Positions 15,342-25,593 of a stretch of 64,000 nucleotides of DNA are shown in pieces. The position numbers and the translations under genes are program-made. How positions within the stretch are numbered: position 1 is the stretch's first letter; every line of letters starts with the position of its first letter. This DNA comes from Lobosporangium transversale (lineage: Eukaryota), in NCBI RefSeq assembly GCF_002105155.1, contig NW_019029014.1, positions 124,001-188,000 on the forward strand, written 5' to 3'. The notes under the pieces are model-generated. The model was not told where the DNA came from, made no database searches, and saw only the letters and a program-made list of their open reading frames with translations.

Positions 15342-15880
15342 TTTGAGATGAGTGAAGATCTACTTGTCTTTAGAATAGTTTGGTCGAGACGTATAGGAAG
15401 AGTCGAACAAAAAATAATAATATGTTGCAATTGTTTTTTTGGATGAAGAATTCAATTAATGAGAATGGGTTACTTTGTTTGCTTGCTGAGCAAAAATAAA
15501 TATTCACAACCGAGCGCAACATATTTATTGTCATTGTTGAATGCAATGCTCTCATGCTCACTAACAGTACTACGTATGGTACTTTGCTCAAACAACATGC
15601 ATTTCTCAGATGATTCTTTATTTCTGCTTCTCTTGAGCTTTCATTTATACTTGCTATTTTTTTAATATTAATGTATTTTCCGTTTCACATCTGAACGGCA
15701 ACATGAAGGTGGTAGTGTAATCAAGATAGGTGTAACCATTGATGTGATACACCATGCAATTGAGGATTGTGCCATGCGATCAATTTTTTTTTAGCTATTA
15801 CTCTTACTTTTCATGGGAATGTTCCACACTGAGGGTTATTAGGTTTTACCACATCGTGATAGTCTGTGTATTTGTATTGT

Positions 15881-16028
15881 ATAGTCCGTCCCATTAAAAA
15901 ACGAGACATTCCATCTAGTGTTAAAAGAAGAAGTGTATTAGAACAAAGAAATAAAAAGTATTATCAAGCCAATACTTACAATTTTTTTAAGACGAAGGCC
16001 TTTCTGGACCTAGTCATGTTTGTAGTAG
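15881..16028 (-). ncRNA. Candidate Fanzor omegaRNA scaffold, copy 1
   Basis: Starts 8 nt after the stop codon of the RuvC gene. Homologous to 22659-22794 (+), with 65/73 ungapped identity over the 5' part. Predicted stems GAC-U-AGGUC/GGCCU-UC-GUC, UACAA/UUGUA, AAGUAUU/AAUACUU and GUCUCGUU/AAUGGGAC. Confidence 0.65.
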
Positions 16029-19000
16029 ATTGTGTCCTACTGTTGTTGCCGGCTTGTCTTTCCCCCTCCTCCTGGACCCAGCAAAGGTCCTTTCGGTGGT
16101 CTTGATCCCTCTACTCCTCCTCCTCCTTCATCTGAAAATTTCCTTTTTGTGGGTCTGCTACTACCACCACCACTGCCACCACTGCCACCACTGCCACCAC
16201 TACCTCCACCGCCGCCACTACCGCTAGAAGCTTGGCCTTGAGTTCCTCCGTCCGGCGGCATATATTTTGCAGGTCGTTTTTGCTCTCTTATCTGCGACTC
16301 ACAGACCCTTGCGATGTTCTCAGCACCAACAGCATCTCGATCAAAGTATGCTTTACAATTTCGACAGTACTTGGATCGAAAAGGAACATTCTCCAATATA
16401 CTGTCACAGTGAGGCCGTGGACACTTGGCAGATGTGTAGTATTCATGACAACCTGCAATGGGGTAGTCTAGAGATTTTGCCTGCTCGAGCCAGATTTAAT
16501 ACTCGTTAAAAAAGAGACTCAAAAATTAAATGTCATTGATCAAGGGATTTTTTTTTTTTTTTTACCTTTTCAACAAGCTTCTTCATCAATATCCCATGAT
16601 CCAAGCCCAATACAGATCACCGCATTCGTATTGGCATCTCTTCTTCTTCCATTGCTTCCGCCCGCAAGCTTCAGAATTGCCTTGATCACATAATCAACGC
16701 ATCTGTTCTGTGCTTTTCTAATATCCCAGCTATTCCGAACAAACCACCCGTCATTATAGAAATCGACAAGCGTCCTATATATAGTCTCCCTATTGTCGTC
16801 ACTGGTCCCAGATCTCTCTGCTCCACTACTACTACTGACCCTAACCCCACTACCAGAGAAACTACCTCCAGTACTTGATGGAGCTTGATTTGGCGGCAAG
16901 CTCATATAAGCGAAATACTGTGTTAAAGTAGGCCTTGAGAATGACGGAATATTGCTTTCAATCTCTGTAATTCCTCTTCTAAGCTTTCGCCTCTCTAGCT
17001 CGCCCTGAAACTTCTTGGATGGTTTGTAAAGGTACGCTCTAAAAATCCGGAGGATCTCACGTTCGTTAGGTTTCCTTGGATCCAACTTTGCAATTGTCAT
17101 CGAGTACCTCTCGCCTGGATCGATCCCAATACTTTCGGGGGGAGGGCATGCTGCCTGAGTGTCATATTTAACTTCTACATTCTCGAGGAGACGCGATCTC
17201 TGCTTCTAGTTGATCTCACGCTGGGGACTGGGACTCACCGGGGACAGTGGATTTGTGCTCGATGTACCTTCTTCAGCTGCTTCTTCTCCCTCGTTGCCAT
17301 CTAAGAATGGTTCATCGACTTCCAGCAAGTCAATATCGCTGATACCCAGCAAGATATCGTCATCTTCATTTCCGTCGTCGTCTCCATCATCACCACCATC
17401 GCCTGCACCATGGCCTGAAAACGAGGACCCCTGCTGAGCACTTGAAGAAGCCTGGACTGCTTGAGATCTTTGAGTATCCGAAGGTTGGGCAGCTTGCGAA
17501 CCTCTACCTCTTTTTTGCTTCGATGTGTCATAGGCAAGAAGTGTTAGGGTAAGGCCGTTTGTAAAGAACGATGTCCGTAGTTTCCTTCTAGGGCCATCAT
17601 CAGATTGCAGTCCAACGTCCTTGTATCCTTTCAAGGAAAACAGCTCCTGCAACAATATCCCCTTGTGGTTAAGGATCTTGTCCTCAGCAGCCCCCTTGGT
17701 ACTCATGTTTAGTTCCAACAATTGGACTATTTCCTCTCGAACTGTTGGGTTAGACGATAATATATCCAGGAGGCAGGCTTCCGTTAGGCAGAGAGACCAA
17801 GGTGAGAAAGCAGACGTAGGGAAATCCAGATATTTTTTGGCAGTTGCATTTTGCTCAAAAAAGAATTGGATGGAGCTTCTTCCATCGCCTGGAATATCTA
17901 TGTCAAATTAGACATTATATTGAAGAAATGATTAGGAACATTTCTATAAACATATTATAAGATAACCTCAAAATATTATAATATTATATTTTCCTGCGCA
18001 TTCCGATAGTGAGACCTTAGCGCTGCTTGAACAGGGACCATGACCATCCGATACGACTTGCTGATCACCAAATCGGGATAGATCTGGTTTAAAGGACCAA
18101 GCCCTGTCTTTGCATAGAAGTATTCGTATGCTTTGAGCTGGGACGGCTTGGCTACGTTCCCTTCGCCTTTTTTCTTCACTTCCCTGCTATACCTAGATAA
18201 TGGACTCATCACTCCGTGATACAACAACGCAGCAAGGCCGTAAATAAAGTCCCTGCTATCAAGAACTTCATCTAGGAGTTGTGGGAGATCAGCTGGATTG
18301 GATGGCCCAGTGGTAAGCAGGTTATCGATCCACAAGGCGCAGGCCCAGAAAGCTCGAATCCGTGCCTCATTCAACATTTTAATAAATGATTGAATGAGCC
18401 CTTGAATTGTTGCAGCAAGTTGCTCGGGATTGAGATTGGGATCGAAAGTAGAGTCCAGCTTGGCAACTACACATGTCTTTAACGTGCCCAGAGTTAATGC
18501 AACAGTGGGGTGGGCCCTCTTCAACCGTCGGTCCTCGGCAGTAGCCTCCTTCACTTTCCTGGTCTTATCAGTCTTTCTGTTATACTTGACCTTCCCTTTG
18601 TTCTTCTTTTTTTTCTTCTTTTCCTCCTTAACCTCCTCTTCTTTCTCATCCTCTTTTTTTTCCTTTTCCTTTTTTTTTGGGGGACTTTCTTTGACGGCTG
18701 GAGCTGACGGGACGGTCGTGTTGTTTGCAGTTGGTCAGGTCATTTTTCTTAGGGGAAAGTTCCTTTTTCTGGGTGCGATTCGGCTTTGCGCATTTAGGGA
18801 TATAGAATCTAATTAGGAACAACAATGTCAAGGGTTACAGGGGTTAGATGACTTTTTTTTTTTTTTTTTTTTTTTTTTGTATATGCTTTGGAAAATGTTC
18901 ATTTGAAGGAGCTTACCTGGGTTGAGGTTGATTATTTTTATTCTGGTACCTAGCAGCTATCGCAGTCCTCATTCTATCATGGTAATGAAGTAATCTTTCA

Positions 19001-19874
19001 GCGGTTGGTTGCTGCGAGGCCTGGGTTTGGATCCCACCAAAGAAAACATTAATTGAATGGTCAAACTGGCCTTCTGCAGGAGTTCGACGGCTACGGGCAT
19101 GGACCTCACGAACATATGATACCGTCAACTTTTCGGCATCAGTGTCAGTGAGCGCGGAGATAATCTCAGCATTTGTAGCAAGACCAAAGGTTGGGATATT
19201 TGGGGTGTAATCGTTATCGGATATAACGCCATAGACCAGGAGTTGACTGTCCCTTGAAAACCCAAGGGCTTGCAGGACCTCTTGTTTCTCATAGAGTGCA
19301 AACATGTGATGGCGACGAGGGATTGGACGAAGAACTCCTTTTATAGAAGGATAGATGAGAAGGTCAGAGTCCCCAGACACAGCGATACTGGTTGGTGTAC
19401 ATTTGGCGGCAATACACACATCAGCCTCATTTCTACAATGGCAAATCACAAAGTTATTGTATCGACCGAATGGCGCCGCGAGCTCCCTCTTCTCGTTATG
19501 ACTGAATGTGAAGAGCTGTCGAAGATTCTTTTTAATAGCAATCATATGGCTTCGAGATTCCCATTTGCCTTCATTGGACTTGGTTTCCATGTTGGCTATG
19601 AGCGTATCGAGTTTTGCATCCGCTGCTGTACGCTTAGCATCTCGGTCCCTATAGGCGCGCGTTTTTTCTTCGCAGCGAGGCCCATCAATGTGTATCGTCA
19701 CTGTGGCAAGAGGACCAAAGATTTTTCGAATGATACTAGCCATAGCATGGCCGCAGGCAGTGAAAGAACTCTGCCGGCTGAATCTCCTTAGGATGATATT
19801 ATGTATATCGCTGTGGAAAGTGCCAAGCAGATCCAGCTCAAAAGATGAATGGGGTTCAGCAGCAAGCTCATGTA

Positions 19875-21207
19875 CAGTCACCTAAAACAAAGATTGGACA
19901 AAAAAATAAAATATTGAAATAGTTACGTAGGGAAGCGTTTCCTTCAATCTCTTTCCTTCCTGTTTTTCACATACAAACAGCTTGAGTAAACCACCATGGC
20001 GAGACACTTAGACATTGAGAATAAAGGTATCATCGTTGGAATGCACCTCGCGGGCATGAAGGCTGCAGAAATCGCATTGCAACGCGGTGTACCCCGAACC
20101 TCTGTTATTAATATTATCAGGGTGTACCAAGAAAGAGGCACCACTGCTTGCACTCCGATCCCAGGACGGCCCAAAGTACTAAGTGAACGGGACCTCAGGA
20201 GCATCGTTCGCCATACTAAGCAGAATAGAAGGTGTACTCTTAATGATATCACTAACCAATTGCCGAACAAAGTTTGCGAGAGGACAGTTGCGAAGGCATT
20301 GCATTCACTGGGTATTTTCAGCCGGATTGCAGTAAAAAAACCATTCTTAAAAGAAGGACATATAAAAAGGAGGCTGCAGTTTGTCAAAAAATATATGAGT
20401 TGGTCCATGGAAGACTGGAATCGGGTAGTTTGGACTGACGAATCATTTGAAGTTGGTGAGCATTTTCGTCAAATAAGAGTTTGGCGTAAAGTAGAGGAAA
20501 AGTACGATCATGATTGCCTCGCACCCACTTTCAAAAGTGGTAGAACAACTCTGATGGTCTGGGGGGCGTTCACAGCAACCAGAAAGTCTCGGTTGGTTGT
20601 ATTTGAAAGAGGTCGTAAAGATGGACGGTGTTTCGTGGAAGATGTATATCAAGGCGAGCTAGCCAGATTTATGGCTGAGGTAGGGGATGGCATACTTATG
20701 GAGGATAATGCTCCAGTTCATACTTGTAAGATTGCAAAAGAATGGCGCGAAAAAAACAGCATCCCGAGGATTCCAGACTGGCCTTCATGCTCCCCAGATT
20801 TGAACCCTATTGAACATGTATGGTCACTTCTTGCGGATGCACTCGATAGGCGCGCTAAAGGGCCAAGAGATCTTCCCACTCTCACACGGGCTCTTATCGA
20901 AGAGTGGAATAATTTACCGCAAGAGAGGCTGGCCAGCCTTGTCGCTACCATGCCCGAAAGGCTGGAAGAAGTGAATGGGGTCGATGGTAGGAACACTCAC
21001 TATTGAACCTACATGGCACTTTTGCTACTCTAACAATGCCGTCTTCAAAACCCCAATAAATAACAGTATTGACCTCTTTAGTGAGCATGTAAAATTTCAT
21101 GTGTATTGATGAAGTCTTTATGTATGTTGCATATGAGCTGTTTGTCCAGGTTGTTCAAAAAAAAATCAAGAAAATCCATTTTGTCCAAACTTTATTTCAG
21201 GTGACTG
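19875..21207 (+). mobile_element. Tc1/mariner (IS630-Tc1) DNA transposon, 1,333 bp
   Basis: 29-bp TIRs at 19875-19903 (cagtcacctaaaacaaagattggacaaaa) and 21179-21207 (reverse complement cagtcacctgaaataaagtttggacaaaa; 3 mismatches). TA on both sides (19873-74, 21208-09). Internal transposase ORF. Confidence 0.95.
19996..21006 (+). CDS. Tc1-like transposase (HTH + DDE, D-D35-E spacing)
   Basis: HTH followed by GRPK; AVKKPFL; VWTDES; MVWGAF; MEDNAPVH; WPSCSPDLNPIEHVW. Intact 336-aa ORF. Confidence 0.95.
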   Translation: MARHLDIENKGIIVGMHLAGMKAAEIALQRGVPRTSVINIIRVYQERGTTACTPIPGRPKVLSERDLRSIVRHTKQNRRCTLNDITNQLPNKVCERTVAKALHSLGIFSRIAVKKPFLKEGHIKRRLQFVKKYMSWSMEDWNRVVWTDESFEVGEHFRQIRVWRKVEEKYDHDCLAPTFKSGRTTLMVWGAFTATRKSRLVVFERGRKDGRCFVEDVYQGELARFMAEVGDGILMEDNAPVHTCKIAKEWREKNSIPRIPDWPSCSPDLNPIEHVWSLLADALDRRAKGPRDLPTLTRALIEEWNNLPQERLASLVATMPERLEEVNGVDGRNTHY

Positions 21208-21273
21208 TACATCAATCTCCTTTGGTGGCAGGTCTCTCCTTGAAAGGTATGAATAGACTCCTTTAATACCCAT

Positions 21274-21497
21274 CTAGAGAAAGTATAGTGTAAAACAGTG
21301 CAAGCAATGTTGGTTTAAGCGGCTAAAGATTGAAGCTGAAGTTGTTAGAGTAGAGATAGTTTACCTTTAAGAAAGCAAAAAGTTATGATCTATGCGGGGA
21401 TGAGGGTGTAAGAGTACGGGTGAGAGCGCGAAAGCAATGTCGTTGTAAAATGAGAGAGAGAGAGAGGGAAAAGAGAGGGAGGCAGGACGTATTTATA
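21274..21497 (-). promoter_or_regulatory. Probable Pol II core promoter and 5'UTR intron of the PIN-Fanzor gene
   Basis: TATAAATA on the - strand (21497-21490), then a CT-rich tract; GTAAAC donor at 21364; tttctctAG acceptor directly before the ATG at 21273. Confidence 0.5.
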
Positions 21498-21699
21498 GGT
21501 GTATGAAAGAGAACGAAACAAAAGGCTGATGAATTTGGAACAACTCGAAACAACAAGATTCTCAGCGACAAGTTTTAACTTTTTGGATTTCGAGTATTGT
21601 TTACAGCTCTTCTCCAATCATCTACATTTACCAAATCAAGCCTTCGCCATGACAATCAACAAGAAATAAAAAAAATAAAAAAAAATAAAAAAAAAAAAC

Positions 21700-22300
21700 A
21701 GACTTCCTTACGTCCCCCCTCGGTATGTGTATCTGTCTGAACACGTCCTAACTGACATCCTCTCGACAACCCTTCCAAGGCTGCAGTGTTTGAATGTGTA
21801 CAGGGAACAAAAGAGGTCTAGATACAGGCTCTCTTTGTGACATTGAAGGAGATCGCATGTTTCATGGCTATCAAGACAAGGTACCCCTACAGGCACAAGA
21901 CAAAGGTATAACTCGGCTCAAACTCAAAGGAACGATTTTACCAATGGCCTTGTTATGAATCCACTTGCCTATGACACAGTCCAGACGAAGAGACAGCAGC
22001 AGTCTGACGTAGATGAAGAAGATCTCAGCCAGGAATTGAAACTTTCTCAAGGATTCCTTAACACGGCGTGTTTTAAAGGCAGCCGGTGAAGACCTGACAG
22101 ATGAAGACTACGCAAACATAAACTGGAAGAGGAGCCCCAAACTTCTTGAAAACGTTGGACTCATATTCCATGAGCTAGGGCGATGCTCATCTGCAAATAC
22201 CACAACTACCGTCTAATGCGATCCTGGTATTGTTAATGCCCTTACGTTTCTTCGCTAGATCGTCACAACCCTGACCTGCATCAAACGGTGAAGGTGAGAA
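21700..22300 (+). pseudogene. Second, highly decayed Fanzor-like paralog fragment
   Basis: Frameshifted peptides DFLTS..YLSEHVLTDILST, GYQDKVPLQ..RLKLKGT, FTNGLVMNPLAYDT and INWKRSPKLLENV..V*CDPGIVNALTF are colinear with the 17.9-17.1 kb exon of the - strand gene. Confidence 0.8.
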
Positions 22301-22658
22301 GTAGGCTCGTCAACAGCCTGTGTGCCTTATATGCGTTGCACCAATGCTCACTGACAGGTTGAGTCCAAACTCGAGATATCAAAATAGCCTTCGTTGAATC
22401 CATGGGGAGGAAAGACACCAAGCCGGCAACAACAATAGGATATGATCAGTTGCATATTTCACAGTACACGTGTTACATGAAAATTTATACAGACATACTA
22501 ACAGCTCTATGCCCCATGGTGTGGTGCCCGAGACAAACTTGCAGTTTTATTTTGATACAAATTTGGATAAATGCCCCATGGATGTGATGTGTGAACCCAC
22601 ATCCTATTCTCACTTCTGCTCCCTGGTTACTATTTGTCTGTCTAAAATTTTTCATGAG

Positions 22659-22794
22659 CTACTACAAACATGACTAGGTCGGGAAAGGCCTTCGTCTTGA
22701 AAAAGTTGTAAGTATTAGCTTGACAGTGCTTTCTTGACTAATCTCTTTATTTCTATGCTTGGTCTAGATGGTGTTTTTTTATGGGGAGGACTAT
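22659..22794 (+). ncRNA. Candidate Fanzor omegaRNA scaffold, copy 2
   Basis: Homologous to the reverse complement of 15881-16028. Lies 3' of the decayed paralog on the same strand. Substitutions fall in loops or create G-U pairs. Confidence 0.6.
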
Positions 22795-23419
22795 TTAGAC
22801 AACATATAGACCCCACATATCTTAATCATAATAAATTGGTTTGGTGGCATTGTTGTAAAAAATATCTTTGCTTAAGGGACAGAAAGATAGACACAATCAG
22901 GAAAAGGCAGGACAAAGAGTGTCAACAAGATTGACAAGAGAAAATAGAGTCAAATAACCTTGACTACAAACAGCGCCATAGAATGTCAAAAGAAAAGATG
23001 GGAGCTTTATAGGTGAGCTCACAAACTGAGTTACCGGAAGACAAATGCTTGTTGTGAAAAGGGGAAAAAGATAAATGGCAAGATGAACTGCGGGTGAAGA
23101 ATAAGACATGTGGGGAAAACTGAAGACTTTATTAAGAAGGAAGTTTCTTTGGCTTTTATACTCGGTAGTTTCTAGGTGAGGCGGACCCGCCTATGACTAC
23201 AAAGGGCTTTGCGCAAAGATTCCTTTAAGCTGGTTCGACAGATTAGTGGATACAAAATAAACTGAAGTTAATTTTAATGACCAGTCACACCACTTGCAAT
23301 AACAAGCGAGTCAATTGGCTGCCAATACATTTAAGAGTATTCAAAAAATATAAGGGATCGCGACGGGCTGTATATTTTTCCACTAACATGACAATATGTA
23401 GAATGAAGCTAAATTGAGA

Positions 23420-25218
23420 TCAGACCATACCAACACGTTTTTTTTGTCGTATACACATAGCAATGCTCAATATGGTGCTCAGTGTGCAGGCTAAAAATGA
23501 GATAAAAAGGGCCAGACGGAAACATCCGTGCCCTTTACATTCCTGTGGCTCTCCATCGACAACTGGTCGTGAAGCATCCATGACAATGCCAAACATAAGA
23601 TTGAACAATATACCACCCAATGCTGATCCCCAAGAGAGCCATCCCCTGTATTCACATGAAGCCGCAACCAACGAAGTATATGATAAACGAGTCAGTATCA
23701 TAGTTGTTCATTCGATTTCTGTAATATTTATACAGAGGCATGTAACTTACCAATTTTGCCCACAGACCTCAGTACCCCAGAGCTCTGCAACAATGGTGTT
23801 TGCGACTCCAAAGAACCCGCCATAGGCTAATCCTGCTAGGATTGAGCACAAATAAAACCAATTCAGCGATGCAAACATGCCTACGATTTGGGCTAGAGCC
23901 ATTACGACTGTTGCTGCAGGTATGAAGTAGATACGATGGGCACCATAACGACGGATGGCAATATCAGATCCAAATACTGAAATCATGCGTCCTATATAGC
24001 TTGATATGCTAATCAGCGCAACGTTAGCAGCCCTTATGGACGCGATAGGGCTCTTGTCGTCCGCGATACGGGTATGAGAAGTTGGTGAAGGGTATGAGAG
24101 CTCGGATCTCGCTACAGCATCAACCATGGCAGTAATAGAGTAAATAATCATCAACCCAACTCCCGAAAAGAACATCTTCGTCGCAAAGAATGCCTGTGCA
24201 TCTTTATCCAAGAAGAAATCCTTTCCACTGACAGCTATAACCTCATGTCGCCGAATATGGTTTGGTGAGCTATGAGCATTCGTGCTTATATCTTGAATTT
24301 GATCGTCCTGCAGCAATGGTGTCCGCTCATCCCTATTATGTCGGATCGGACCTGATTGCTGACTGTTATACGAGCTGCTCGTCTGTACGACTTCAACATC
24401 CTGGGTAAATTGCACATCTTGTCCTAAGTATATGGTCCGGGGTTCAGGCACAATTTTCAAACCGAAAGCTGCGAGGCCGTTAATAAGGCCTCCAGCAATA
24501 CCAAGGAAGAATAGAAACCGAGCCACATCCAACTCCAATGTCTCTTGCCAGATGCTCAGCTGCTCCTTGATTTTGATCATGAAGAATTGCTGAGAGATCA
24601 AAGTGAGTATTGCTGCAGACAGACCAAATAGACTGGAAACAATGCCTATCGAGCAGTTATTAGGGATGAGCGGATGAGAATGGATTGTGTGACAAAGTAA
24701 CATAAGTTCTTAGATTGCTAGAAGACATGTATGCGGATGGGCGTTGACAAACCAATGGCTATTCCGCGAATTTGCTTAGAATTCTTGGCTACAGCCGTAT
24801 ACGCTGCCATGTAGCTGGCGCTACAGCCTGCTCCTACCAAGCCAAGACATAGTGCCATGAGTAGGAAATGAGTGGGGGACTGACCCTGCTTGACTCTCTC
24901 GACACCAGTGGAGTAGCTTAGAGAGAGAAGACAGTATCCGAAAATAAATAGAAATCCGGCGATAAGAGAAGTCAAACGAGGACCAACTCGATCCGCCATG
25001 AAGCCACAGATAGGTCCCACACCATACATGCCAGCTTCACCAAGCGCAATGGTAGTGCTAATTTGGACTTGTGTATAGCCGAGGTGATGTGTGAAGTAGA
25101 ATGAATAGAGCCCAAATAGAAAAACTGAGCCGGCGGCCAACATGTTGAGGCATGCGCAGATGAAGGCCACTGCTTGGAGGAAGGGTATGCAGGCAGCAGA
25201 GAGATTTGGGATAGTCAT
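23420..25218 (-). CDS. MFS transporter (Nodulin-like / Mch1-like)
   Basis: Multiple hydrophobic helices; MFS motif GFMADRVGPR; GLAYGGFFGVANTIVAELWG; C-terminal CKGHGCFR. Three exons. Confidence 0.85.
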
Positions 25219-25593
25219 CCGGAAGGGAAATATGAGAATGTGGGGAAGAGGAAAAGGAAGGGAGAAATTGATTATTGCATATTGCTGCAATGGTCTATTT
25301 AAGGCTAGAGACCAAGATCAAGATAGAATCAACTCAGAAAACACATGGCGACAAGGATAAAAGGAGGGTGTGGCAAAGGAAGAAAGGAGGAGAATCAGAA
25401 ACGAATGAAGCCATGAAGAAGTAGCTCAGTTTTGAATGCTTTCACTATTAAACTATTGCATTATATGCAGTAATGATCTCTTAGATATTTTTGTACATGA
25501 TTATATATATATATTATATGCTATCTAGAACAAAAAAATAAATTGCAAGCGTAGGTATTATGGGTAGTAAAGAGATCACTACGATAGTAATGA

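Larger units (their letters stand above)
16037..21273 (-). pseudogene. PIN (XPG/FEN1-like) nuclease - Fanzor1/TnpB-like RuvC fusion gene, interrupted by Tc1 and carrying lesions
   Basis: Reconstructed exons: 21273-21210 + 19874-18917, 18808-17994, 17907-16566, 16480-16037. N-terminal motifs: MGIKGVYSYL, FELDLLG, IHIDGPRCEEK, EADVCIA, SGDSDLLIY, DNDYTPNIPTFGL. C-terminal motifs: IGIDPGE (D at 17119-17121), ICIGLG, HEYYTSAKCPRPHC (E at 16442-16444), KYCRNC, FDRDAVGAENI (D at 16334-16336). Confidence 0.85.

Noticed and set aside
15881..15910. Helitron 3' end (hairpin + CTRR)
   Set aside because: A hairpin is present but the terminus is CTAT, and no RepHel sequence is visible.
16037..21207. Fanzor as cargo of the Tc1/mariner element
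   Set aside because: The TIRs and TA duplication enclose only the transposase, and the element interrupts codon 22 of the Fanzor gene.
15881..22794. Reading the inverted 15881-16028 / 22659-22794 pair as long TIRs of one ~6.9-kb transposon
   Set aside because: Each copy lies 3' of its own Fanzor ORF or relic. Identity is highest at the inner ends, not the outer ends as TIRs usually show. Changes look RNA-structure-preserving and I see no TSD. Not formally excluded.
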